Made by a program: the position numbers and the translations under genes
The notes under the pieces: generated by a model
The model's database searches: none
Told to the model about the DNA's origin: nothing
What the model saw: the letters and a program-made list of their open reading frames with translations, nothing else
Shown: positions 40,573 through 49,143 of the stretch, piece by piece
How positions within the stretch are numbered: the first letter of the stretch is position 1
How the letters are laid out: every line of letters starts with the position of its first letter
From: Casimicrobiaceae bacterium
GTDB taxonomy: Bacteria; Pseudomonadota; Gammaproteobacteria; Burkholderiales; Casimicrobiaceae
Direction: 5' to 3'
Length of the DNA stretch: 61,002 nucleotides
NCBI GenBank assembly: GCA_035996965.1
Contig: DASYJB010000011.1
Span: 1 to 61,002, forward strand

Positions 40573-41196
40573 GTGGCGCAGTCTTCCTTCGCTCATTCGC
40601 CGCCGACCGCCGATGCGCTGCGCGATGCCAAGCGCACGTTGCGCGAGCGCGTGCTTGGCGCGCGCGATTCCCTGCCGCCCGAGTTTCGCGCGGCGGCAAG
40701 CGCGGCGATCGGGGAGGCACTCGCGGGTCGCGATGATTTCGCGACGGCCTCGACGGTGCTGCTGACGCTGCCGTTCGGCAGCGAGTGGGACTCGATGCCG
40801 CTGTTGCTGGCCGCGCTGGAACGGGGCAAGACGGTCGTGTTGCCGCGCGTCAACGCGACGGAGCGCACGCTGGAGCTTTGCCGGCTGACCGAGCCGACAC
40901 GCGACGTCCTGCCCGGCTATCGCGGCATACCCGAGCCGCAATCGCACTGCGCGCTGATCGCTGCCGACGCGATCGATTGGGTGCTGGTGCCCGGCGTTGC
41001 GTTCGACCCGGCCGGGCACCGCCTCGGTTATGGCGGCGGCTATTACGACAGGCTGCTTCCCCAGCTGCGGAGCGACGCGGCGAGGATCGCGGGCGGCTAT
41101 GAAGTCCAGTTGGTCGATCGCGTGCCGGCCACAACGCATGACGTGCCGGTGCAGGCGCTCGCGACCGAGCTTCGGACCTTGCCGATGCCTGAATAG
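40573..41196 (+). CDS. ygfA: 5-formyltetrahydrofolate cyclo-ligase
   Basis: The start is GTG and the product is 207 aa. Motifs are VLLPRV and GYGGGYYDRLL. Confidence 0.88.
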   Translation: MAQSSFAHSPPTADALRDAKRTLRERVLGARDSLPPEFRAAASAAIGEALAGRDDFATASTVLLTLPFGSEWDSMPLLLAALERGKTVVLPRVNATERTLELCRLTEPTRDVLPGYRGIPEPQSHCALIAADAIDWVLVPGVAFDPAGHRLGYGGGYYDRLLPQLRSDAARIAGGYEVQLVDRVPATTHDVPVQALATELRTLPMPE

Positions 41197-41224
41197 CTGG
41201 GCGCCCTCGGGGCGTCGGCGGTTT

Positions 41225-41253
41225 TGGAAATGGTTTCCACGATGTGGTATTCT
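41225..41253 (+). promoter_or_regulatory. candidate extended -10 promoter for aceE (TGGAAA-17-TGgTATTCT) overlapped by the palindrome TGGAAAtggTTTCCA
   Basis: The hexamers and the 6-3-6 inverted repeat (41225-41239) were read by eye. It lies about 110 nt upstream of the aceE ATG. Confidence 0.3.
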
Positions 41254-41365
41254 CAGACGAGCCCCGAGCCGCTGGGTGCCGCGTCGCAGCAATGCGGTGC
41301 AATGCCGCGACGCATACAATCGAATTTTCGCGCGACCGCTTGAGGGATCGTCGAAGGAGTACCGC

Positions 41366-44032
41366 ATGGATATCAAACCGGATGTCGACCCGCAGGAAAC
41401 GCGCGAATGGCTGGACGCGATCGACGGCGTGATCGAGCACGAAGGTCCGGACCGCGCGCACTTCCTGATCGAACAGGTGATCGACAAGGCGCGCCGATCG
41501 GGCGCGTACATGCCGTTTTCGGCCAATACCGCCTATATCAATACGATCCCGGTCGATAAGCAGGTCCGGATCCCCGGCGACCAGGCGATCGAGCACCGCA
41601 TCCGGTCATACGTGCGCTGGAACGCGATGGCGATGGTCGTGCGCGCGAACAAGCACACCAACGTCGGCGGCCACATCGCCAGCTTCGCCTCGGCGGCGAC
41701 GCTGTACGACACCGGCTTCAATCATTTCTGGCACGCGCCGTCGGCCGAGCACGGCGGCGATCTGGTGTTCGTCCAGGGCCATTCGTCACCCGGCGTCTAC
41801 GCCCGTGCCCACATGCTCGGCCGCTTCACCGACGAGCAGATGGACAACTTCCGGCAGGAGGTCGACGGCAAGGGCGTCTCCTCGTATCCGCATCCGTGGC
41901 TGATGCCCGACTTCTGGCAGTTCCCGACGGTATCGATGGGGCTGGGCCCGCTGATGGCGATCTACCAGGCCCGCTTCATGAAGTATCTGGAGGATCGCGG
42001 CCTGGCCAAGACCGAGGGCCGCAAGGTCTGGTGTTTCTGCGGCGACGGCGAAATGGACGAGCCCGAATCGATGGGCGCGATCGGCATGGCCGCGCGCGAG
42101 ACGCTGGACAACCTGATCTTCGTCATCAACTGCAACCTGCAGCGGCTCGACGGCCCGGTGCGCGGCAACAGCAAGATCATCCAGGAGCTAGAGGCCGAGT
42201 TTCGCGGCGCCGGGTGGAACGTGATCAAGGTCATCTGGGGCTCGCGCTGGGACGCGCTGCTGGCGCGCGACAAGCAGGGCATCCTGATGCGCCGGATGAT
42301 GGAATGCGTTGACGGCGAGTATCAGACGTTCAAGTCGAAGGACGGCGCCTACGTGCGCGAATACTTCTTCAACACGCCCGAGCTCAAGGCGCTGGTGGCC
42401 GACTACTCGGACGAGGAGATCTGGAATCTGAACCGCGGCGGCCACGATCCGCACAAGGTCTACGCCGCCTACCGGTCTGCCGTCGACCACAAGGGCCAGC
42501 CGACGGTGATACTCGCCAAGACGATCAAGGGCTACGGCATGGGCGAGGCCGGCGAGGCGCAGAACATCACGCACCAGCAGAAAAAGATGTCGGGCGACTC
42601 GATGCGGCACTTTCGCGATCGCTTCCAGATTCCGGTGCCCGACGACAAGCTCGACGAAATCCCGTACGTCAAGTTTCCGCCGGGATCGGCCGAGGCCGAA
42701 TACATGAAGGCCCGGCGCATGGAGCTCGGCGGATTTCTGCCGACGCGCCGTAAAAAGTCCTCCTCGCTCCCGGTGCCCGGGCTCGCGGCGCTCGAGCGCT
42801 TCCTGAAGAGCACCGAAGATCGCGAGATCTCGACGACCATGGCGTTCGTGCAGATTCTGCAGACGCTTCTGCGCGACAAGAACATCGGCAAGCACATCGT
42901 GCCGATCGTGCCGGATGAGTCGCGCACCTTCGGCATGGAAGGCATGTTTCGCCAGCTCGGCATATGGAATCAGCTCGGCCAGCTCTATACACCGCAGGAC
43001 GCCGATCAGCTGATGTTCTACAAGGAAAGCAAGGGCGGCCAGGTGCTGCAGGAAGGCATCAACGAGCCGGGCGCGATGTGCGACTGGATGGCGGCGGCGA
43101 CCAGCTATTCGACGCACGGCGTGCCGATGATCCCCTTCTACATCTTCTATTCGATGTTCGGCTTCCAGCGAGTCGGCGATCTGGCCTGGGCCGCCGGCGA
43201 CATGCGCTCTCGCGGCTTCCTGCTCGGCGGCACCGCCGGGCGGACGACGCTGAACGGCGAAGGCCTGCAGCATGAGGACGGGCATTCGCACGTCTACGCC
43301 GCGACAATCCCGAATTGCGTCTCGTACGATCCGAGCTTCGGCTACGAGCTGGCCGTCATCATCCAGGACGGGCTGCGGCGCATGTACGCCGAGCAGCAGG
43401 ACGTCTATTACTACCTGACGGTGATGAACGAGAACTACGCACACCCGGCGATGCCCGAAGGCGCCGCTCCCGACATCATCAAGGGCATGTATCTGTTCAA
43501 GGCCGGCGCCGGCCGCGCCGGCGCAAAGGCCAAGGCACCGCGCGTCCAGCTGCTTGGCTCGGGCGTGATCCTGCGCGAGGCGATCGCGGCGGCCGAGCTG
43601 CTCAAGTCGGACTGGGGCGTCGACGCCGACCTGTGGGGCTGCACCTCGTTCACCGAGCTCGCGCGCGAAGGCGATGCCGCGTCGCGCTGGAACATGATGC
43701 ATCCTACCGACGCGCCGCGCGTGCCGCATGTGACGGCGCGACTCGCCGAGACTGTAGGCCCGGTCATCGCGGCGACCGACTATGTGCGCGCCTTTGCCGG
43801 ACAGATCAGGGAATTCGTGCCGCGCCGTTACGTCGTCCTCGGCACCGATGGCTTCGGTCGCTCCGACACGCGCGAAAAGCTGCGCCGCTTTTTCGAGGTC
43901 GACCGCTGGTACATCACCGTCGCGGCGCTGAAGGCTTTGGCTGACGAAGGCACGCTGCCCGCCGCCAAAGTGGCCGAGGCGATCTCGAAATACGGCATCG
44001 ACGCGGCGAAGGCCGCGCCGTGGACGGTCTGA
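41366..44032 (+). CDS. aceE: pyruvate dehydrogenase E1 component (homodimeric type)
   Basis: The ATG at 41366 follows a GAAGGAG RBS. The product is 888 aa. The N-terminus is MDIKPDVDPQETREWLDAIDGVIEHEG and a further motif is GGHIASFASAATLY. Confidence 0.96.
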   Translation: MDIKPDVDPQETREWLDAIDGVIEHEGPDRAHFLIEQVIDKARRSGAYMPFSANTAYINTIPVDKQVRIPGDQAIEHRIRSYVRWNAMAMVVRANKHTNVGGHIASFASAATLYDTGFNHFWHAPSAEHGGDLVFVQGHSSPGVYARAHMLGRFTDEQMDNFRQEVDGKGVSSYPHPWLMPDFWQFPTVSMGLGPLMAIYQARFMKYLEDRGLAKTEGRKVWCFCGDGEMDEPESMGAIGMAARETLDNLIFVINCNLQRLDGPVRGNSKIIQELEAEFRGAGWNVIKVIWGSRWDALLARDKQGILMRRMMECVDGEYQTFKSKDGAYVREYFFNTPELKALVADYSDEEIWNLNRGGHDPHKVYAAYRSAVDHKGQPTVILAKTIKGYGMGEAGEAQNITHQQKKMSGDSMRHFRDRFQIPVPDDKLDEIPYVKFPPGSAEAEYMKARRMELGGFLPTRRKKSSSLPVPGLAALERFLKSTEDREISTTMAFVQILQTLLRDKNIGKHIVPIVPDESRTFGMEGMFRQLGIWNQLGQLYTPQDADQLMFYKESKGGQVLQEGINEPGAMCDWMAAATSYSTHGVPMIPFYIFYSMFGFQRVGDLAWAAGDMRSRGFLLGGTAGRTTLNGEGLQHEDGHSHVYAATIPNCVSYDPSFGYELAVIIQDGLRRMYAEQQDVYYYLTVMNENYAHPAMPEGAAPDIIKGMYLFKAGAGRAGAKAKAPRVQLLGSGVILREAIAAAELLKSDWGVDADLWGCTSFTELAREGDAASRWNMMHPTDAPRVPHVTARLAETVGPVIAATDYVRAFAGQIREFVPRRYVVLGTDGFGRSDTREKLRRFFEVDRWYITVAALKALADEGTLPAAKVAEAISKYGIDAAKAAPWTV

Positions 44033-44083
44033 TGCGGCGTCGACGGCGTTGTTCGCCGTTGCCGGCCAGCCTTTGAGGTCGCG

Positions 44084-44293
44084 ATGAGCACAATCGAAGT
44101 CAAGGTTCCTGACATCGGCGACTTCACCGATGTGCCGGTGATCGAGGTCCTGGTCAAAGCGGGCGACACGGTCAAGGCCGAGGATTCGCTGGTTACGCTG
44201 GAGTCGGACAAGGCGACGATGGACGTGCCGGCGCCGGCAGCCGGCGTGATCAAATCGCTTGGCGTCAAGGTCGGCGACAAAGTCAGCGAAGGC
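44084..44293 (+). repeat. lipoyl-domain cassette, copy A (direct repeat of 45801-46010)
   Basis: My hand alignment gives 200/210 identical nucleotides. Seven of the differences are synonymous and three are amino-acid changes. Confidence 0.9.
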
Positions 44294-45436
44294 CATCTGA
44301 TCCTGACCTTGGAGGAAGCGGCTGGCGCCGCCGCACCGGCAGAAGCCGCGTCTGCGGCCAAGGCCGCCCAACCGGCTGCGCCCGCGACCGCACCGGCGGC
44401 GCCCGCAGCGGCAACGCCACCGCCGCCGCCCGCGGCTGCGTCAGCGGCCGCGCCAACGGCGGGCGCCCCGCCGGTGCAAGCGCCCGCGGCGCCGAGCGCT
44501 CCGATCGACGATGCGGCCTTCCGCAAAGCGCACGCCTCGCCATCGGTCCGCGCGCACGCACGCGCGCTGGGCGTCGACCTGTCGCAGATCAAGGGCAGCG
44601 GCCCGGCCGGGCGAATCCTTCAGGAGGACGTTGAGAATTACGTCAAACAGGTGGTGAGCGGCGCCAAGGTCGCCAGCGCGGTCGCCGGCGCGGGCGGCGC
44701 CGCGCTCGGCTTGCTGCCGTGGCCGCAAGTCGATTTCGCCAAGTTCGGCCCGATCGAAACCAGGCCGCTGTCGAGAATCAAGAAGATCGCGGGCGCCAAT
44801 CTGCACCGCAACTGGGTGCTGATTCCGCACGTCACCAATCACGACGACGCCGACATCACCGAGCTCGAAGCGTTTCGAGTGCAGCTCAACAAGGAAAACG
44901 AAAAAGCCGGGATCAAGGTGACGCTGCTGGCGTTCCTGATCAAGGCCTGCGTCTGGACGCTGAAGAAATTTCCCGAGTTCAACGCTTCGCTCGAAGGCGA
45001 GAACCTGGTGCTCAAGAAGTACTACCACATCGGTTTCGCCGCCGACACGCCGAACGGTCTTGTCGTGCCGGTCATCAGGAATGCCGACCAGAAAGGCGTG
45101 CTGGCGATTGCCGGCGAAATGGCGGAGCTCTCGGCGAAGGCGCGCGAAGGCAAGCTCGGTCCGGCCGACATGCAGGGCGGATGTTTTTCGATCTCCAGCC
45201 TGGGCGGGATCGGCGGAACGTATTTCACGCCTATCATCAATGCACCTGAAGTCGCGATCCTCGGCGTGTGCCGGTCGAGCATGCGACCGGTCTGGGACGG
45301 CAAGCAATTCGCGCCGAGGCTGATACTGCCGCTGTCGCTTTCGTGGGACCACCGCGTAATCGACGGCGCGGCAGCCGCCCGCTTCAACAGCTATCTCGCC
45401 TCGCTGCTGGCCGACATGCGGCGCACGATGCTCTGA
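44084..45436 (+). CDS. aceF: dihydrolipoamide acetyltransferase E2 (single lipoyl domain)
   Basis: The lipoyl motif is LESDKATMDVPA, followed by an Ala/Pro linker. The E3-binding domain is ASPSVRAHARALGVDLSQIKGSGPAGRI. The catalytic motif is SWDHRVIDGA. Confidence 0.95.
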   Translation: MSTIEVKVPDIGDFTDVPVIEVLVKAGDTVKAEDSLVTLESDKATMDVPAPAAGVIKSLGVKVGDKVSEGHLILTLEEAAGAAAPAEAASAAKAAQPAAPATAPAAPAAATPPPPPAAASAAAPTAGAPPVQAPAAPSAPIDDAAFRKAHASPSVRAHARALGVDLSQIKGSGPAGRILQEDVENYVKQVVSGAKVASAVAGAGGAALGLLPWPQVDFAKFGPIETRPLSRIKKIAGANLHRNWVLIPHVTNHDDADITELEAFRVQLNKENEKAGIKVTLLAFLIKACVWTLKKFPEFNASLEGENLVLKKYYHIGFAADTPNGLVVPVIRNADQKGVLAIAGEMAELSAKAREGKLGPADMQGGCFSISSLGGIGGTYFTPIINAPEVAILGVCRSSMRPVWDGKQFAPRLILPLSLSWDHRVIDGAAAARFNSYLASLLADMRRTML

Positions 45437-45438
45437 AG

Positions 45439-45745
45439 ATGCGCGTCGTCAGACACTGGTTCGCCGTTCTTCTGCTCGCCGCGCTGGCGAATCCCTGTTC
45501 CGCTGCGGAGGACTTGTTGACCATTCCGACGCGCGCGCGACGACGGTTGCCGCTCGAGCCCGTATTCCGGCGCCGAACGCCTGGCGAAGAGATTTCCGCT
45601 GGCCAGCGTCTGCGGCGGCGATCCGCCGCAGAGCGAGCCGTGCGAGGCCATGTCTCAGCACGGGTACCCGGGCCGCGAGGCGCCGACGACGCAGGCGATC
45701 CGGAACTGGATGCTCGGACGCGAGTTCGCGCGCGAGATCCAATGA
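45439..45745 (+). pseudogene. small secreted protein gene (ORF3-like) with an apparent frameshift at (CG)5 45530-45539
   Basis: Frame 1 gives the signal peptide MRVVRHWFAVLLLAALANPCSAAEDLL. After the CG tract, the coding-like frame (G/C at third position in 59 of 68 codons, against 40 of 68 in frame 1) is +1. It ends at the TGA at 45743-45745 and has no start of its own before 45650. Confidence 0.45.
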
Positions 45746-45800
45746 TGCTGTTCCCGGCGACCGTCTCGACGCCCTTCTGCCGGATCCGATCGAGGACGCA

Positions 45801-46010
45801 ATGAGCACGATCGAAGTCAAGGTTCCTGACATCGGCGACTTCACCGACGTGCCGGTGATCGAGGTCCTGGTCAAACCGGGCGACACGGTCAAGGTCGAGG
45901 ATTCGCTGGTTACGCTCGAGTCGGACAAGGCGACGATGGATGTTCCGGCGCCGGCAGCCGGCGTGGTCAAATCGCTCGGCGTCAAGGTCGGCGACAAGGT
46001 CAGCGAAGGC
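45801..46010 (+). repeat. lipoyl-domain cassette, copy B (direct repeat of 44084-44293)
   Basis: See copy A. The GAGG-containing RBS region upstream is also similar. Confidence 0.9.
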
Positions 46011-47648
46011 GCGCTGCTGCTGACGCTCGAGACAACGGCGGCCGCAGCGCCGGCGGCGCGGCCCGCCGCCGGATCGGCGCGCGACACGCCCAGTGCGCAG
46101 GCCGCGCCCACTGCGCAGGCCCCGCCAACGGCGCCCTCTGCGCCAACCACGCCGGCCGCAGCCAAACCGCAGCCGGCGCCCCAGGCAGCACCTGCAGCGG
46201 CCGCACCCCGCGCTGCCGATGAATATCGCGGTGCGGTCGACATCGAATGCCAGATGGTCGTCATAGGCTCCGGCCCGGGCGGCTACAGCGGCGCGTTCCG
46301 CGCCGCGGACCTTGGCCTCAAGACCGTGCTGATCGAGCGTTATTCGACCTTGGGCGGCGTGTGCCTGAACGTCGGCTGCATTCCTTCCAAGGCGCTGCTG
46401 CACGCGGCCAAGGTCATCGACGAAGCGGAGGAAATGGGCCATTTTGGCGTGACTTTCGGCAAGCCGGCGATCGATCTGTCCAAGTTGCGAGGCTGGAAGG
46501 AATCGGTGGTCCGCAAGCTGACCGGCGGCCTGTCGGGACTGGCCAAGCAGCGCAAGGTCAGCGTCGTCACCGGCGTCGCGCGCTTCGTCGATACGCATCA
46601 CATCGAAGTGAGCGCCGGCGGCAAGAAGCAGATCGTCAAGTTCGAGCACTGCATCATCGCCGCCGGCTCGCAGGCGGCGAAGCTGCCATTTGTTCCCGAC
46701 GATCCGCGCGTCATCGATTCGACCGGTGCGCTCGAGCTCGAGGGCATGCCCGGGCACATGCTGGTCATCGGCGGCGGCATCATCGGCATGGAGATGGCGC
46801 AGGTCTATTCGGCGCTCGGCGCGAAGATCACCGTCGTCGAGATGCTGAGCCAGCTGATGACGGGCGCGGATCCCGACCTGGTGCGGCCATTCGCCAGGCG
46901 GATGGAAAAACGCTACGAAAAGATCATGCTGAAGACGCGCGTGACCAAGGTCGAAGCGCAGAAGGATGGCCTCAAGGTCTGGTTCGAAGGCGAGCAGGCA
47001 CCCGCCGCGCCGCAGCTCTACGACCGGGTGCTGGTTGCCGTCGGACGCTCGCCGAACGGAAAGAAGATCGACGCCGAGCGTGCCGGCGTCGTCGTCGACG
47101 AGCGCGGCTTCATTCCGGTCGATGGCCAGTTGCGGACCAACGTCGCGCATATCTTCGCGATCGGAGACGTCGCCAGGCAGCCGATGCTGGCGCACAAGGC
47201 GGTGCATGAGGCACACGTCGCCGCCGAGGCTGCGGCCGGCGAGAAATCCTGGTTCGACGCCCGCGTGATTCCATCGGTCGCGTTCACCGATCCCGAGCTC
47301 GCCTGGGTCGGCGTCACCGAGGAGGAAGCCAAGGCGCAGGGCATCAAGTACGGCAAGGCGGCGTTTCCGTGGGCGGCCAGCGGCCGCTCGCTTTCGCTCG
47401 GACGCGACGAAGGCATCACCAAGCTTATCTTCGACCAGCAGACGCACCGCATCATCGGCGGCGGCATCGTTGGGCCGAACGCGGGCGACCTGATTGCCGA
47501 AGTCGCGCTGGCGATTGAAATGGGCTGCAATGCAGAAGACATCGGCAAGACGATCCACCCGCATCCGACGCTGTCCGAGACCGTCGGCATGGCCGCCGAA
47601 GTTTTCGCCGGGACGATTACCGATCTCTACATCCCGAAAAAGAAATAG
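45801..47648 (+). CDS. lpdA: dihydrolipoyl dehydrogenase E3 with an N-terminal lipoyl domain
   Basis: The product is 615 aa. A lipoyl domain (LESDKATMDVPA) and Ala/Pro linker are followed by the FAD motif VVIGSGPGGY. The redox disulfide is GGVCLNVGCIPSKALL and a further motif is HPHPTLSE. Confidence 0.95.
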   Translation: MSTIEVKVPDIGDFTDVPVIEVLVKPGDTVKVEDSLVTLESDKATMDVPAPAAGVVKSLGVKVGDKVSEGALLLTLETTAAAAPAARPAAGSARDTPSAQAAPTAQAPPTAPSAPTTPAAAKPQPAPQAAPAAAAPRAADEYRGAVDIECQMVVIGSGPGGYSGAFRAADLGLKTVLIERYSTLGGVCLNVGCIPSKALLHAAKVIDEAEEMGHFGVTFGKPAIDLSKLRGWKESVVRKLTGGLSGLAKQRKVSVVTGVARFVDTHHIEVSAGGKKQIVKFEHCIIAAGSQAAKLPFVPDDPRVIDSTGALELEGMPGHMLVIGGGIIGMEMAQVYSALGAKITVVEMLSQLMTGADPDLVRPFARRMEKRYEKIMLKTRVTKVEAQKDGLKVWFEGEQAPAAPQLYDRVLVAVGRSPNGKKIDAERAGVVVDERGFIPVDGQLRTNVAHIFAIGDVARQPMLAHKAVHEAHVAAEAAAGEKSWFDARVIPSVAFTDPELAWVGVTEEEAKAQGIKYGKAAFPWAASGRSLSLGRDEGITKLIFDQQTHRIIGGGIVGPNAGDLIAEVALAIEMGCNAEDIGKTIHPHPTLSETVGMAAEVFAGTITDLYIPKKK

Positions 47649-47683
47649 GCCGCCAGCCGGTCTGGGCCCGGGTCGATAACCTG

Positions 47684-49090
47684 ATGGCCAGGAGGCCGGC
47701 GCACATCGCCAAGCTTGCGGCATGGACACTGGCCGGGACGGCGCTGATCGTGCCGGTGCTGGCGGTGCTGATCAATCTGCGCGATCCGGAAATCTCGGGA
47801 GAGGCGCGCGCGATGGCGCGCTTCGAGCTGCCCGCGATTCCCCCCGAGGGCAACGCCTATGTCGCCCTGCTCGGCCTCACTGCGCCGCGGCGCGTCGATC
47901 CGATGGCCGAGGGCAAGCGCCTGGCCGCCGAGCACGACGGTGCGCTCTCGGCCGATCCATTCGCCCGGGAGCGTCTGCCGCACGAAGAGCGCGAGGCCGA
48001 CTCGGATCAGGATGACCATCTCGCTTTCACCGGAGACCTCGACGCCGGCTGCGACATCTTCAGCGAGCCCTGCCTGCCGTTCGCCCGGGCCCGCGACCAG
48101 GCTGTCCACGCACTCTTCGCCGGCAACCGCCTGCTGATCGATCGGTACGAACAGGCGCGGCGACTGCCGGGATTCGCCGCCGTTCCGATCGCGGACAAGC
48201 GTCGCGCCGACATCGAGCGCAGCAATCTCGGCCGGGTGCACGCCGTGTTGCTGACGGTGGCTGCGCTGGATGCGCAAGAGCTGCACGCAGCCGAGGCTTG
48301 CGGCTTCCTGCAAGCCGACGGCGCGTTCTGGCGGCGGATGCTCTCCGGGGCCGGCACCTTGGGCGACAAGCTGTCGGCATTTCGCGCGCTCGCCGAGGAT
48401 GCGCGCCTTGCCAGCGAACTGCTCGCATCGAAGGCGTTCGATGCCGCCTCTTGCGGGCCTTCGCTACGCATGTTGCTCGCACCGCTGACCGCCAAGGAGC
48501 TGAGCCTGGCAGACGCCTTCAGGATGGCGTTCGTGCCGAGGGCGCGCTTGCTTGCCAGCTGGCCCGATCCGGCGATCAGCATCGAGCCCGAATCATGGGC
48601 CGATCGCCACCTGAAGGAAACACCGATCTACGACTTGTTTTATCGGCGCAACGCATCGATCAACCGCAGCGCAGAGATTTACGCCGGGCTCGCTGCGCTC
48701 GCCGAGCAACCGACGCCGCGCTTCATTGACGCCCGCGACGGATTCGTCGCCGACAACGGCGACCTCGTGTCGCTCGGGCCATCGTGGATCTACAATCCGC
48801 TGGGCAAGACGCTTGTCGCCCGGCACCTGCCGCTGCACATCGACTACATCGCGCACGCGCACGGCGTCGCCGCGTATGTGAAGCTGGTGCGCATGCAGCT
48901 CGAGTTGAAGGTCGCGGCCGTTTCGCTCGCGGACGTGCCGCAGTTCCTCGAGCGCGCGGGGCCGGATAGCGCGAACCCGCTGGACGGCCGGCCGTTTCGC
49001 TGGGACCGCGAGCATCGCAGCCTGTCGTTCGATCCGCTTGACCGGCGCTGGCGCCGATGGGGGACGAGTGTCACGATTGCCGGGCCATGA
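47684..49090 (+). CDS. hypothetical membrane-anchored protein (468 aa, no recognisable domain)
   Basis: The reading frame has strong GC3 codon bias. The N-terminal region contains one hydrophobic helix (LAAWTLAGTALIVPVLAVLINL). I could assign no catalytic motif. Confidence 0.75.
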   Translation: MARRPAHIAKLAAWTLAGTALIVPVLAVLINLRDPEISGEARAMARFELPAIPPEGNAYVALLGLTAPRRVDPMAEGKRLAAEHDGALSADPFARERLPHEEREADSDQDDHLAFTGDLDAGCDIFSEPCLPFARARDQAVHALFAGNRLLIDRYEQARRLPGFAAVPIADKRRADIERSNLGRVHAVLLTVAALDAQELHAAEACGFLQADGAFWRRMLSGAGTLGDKLSAFRALAEDARLASELLASKAFDAASCGPSLRMLLAPLTAKELSLADAFRMAFVPRARLLASWPDPAISIEPESWADRHLKETPIYDLFYRRNASINRSAEIYAGLAALAEQPTPRFIDARDGFVADNGDLVSLGPSWIYNPLGKTLVARHLPLHIDYIAHAHGVAAYVKLVRMQLELKVAAVSLADVPQFLERAGPDSANPLDGRPFRWDREHRSLSFDPLDRRWRRWGTSVTIAGP

Positions 49091-49143
49091 TTCGATGCTG
49101 ATGCATCGTCGGCGGGAGCCGGTTTTGTTACGATGAGGGTTCG

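Noticed and set aside
45439-45804. A single uninterrupted 121-aa ORF (frame 1) ending in an ATGA overlap with lpdA
   Set aside because: After about codon 33 this frame has poor third-position G/C and many CGA codons, while the +1 frame looks coding. I prefer the frameshift interpretation but cannot exclude that only the signal-peptide frame is real.
45384-47729. A 781-aa ORF on the - strand, with analogous long antisense ORFs at 42188..44371, 56408..58228, 53367..55019, 10308..11960, 19403..21250, 28820..30184, 23643..25502, 26218..27534 and 1307..2554
   Set aside because: All lie opposite genes with unambiguous family motifs. They have Arg-rich low-complexity translations. They reflect stop-codon depletion in GC-rich DNA rather than coding.
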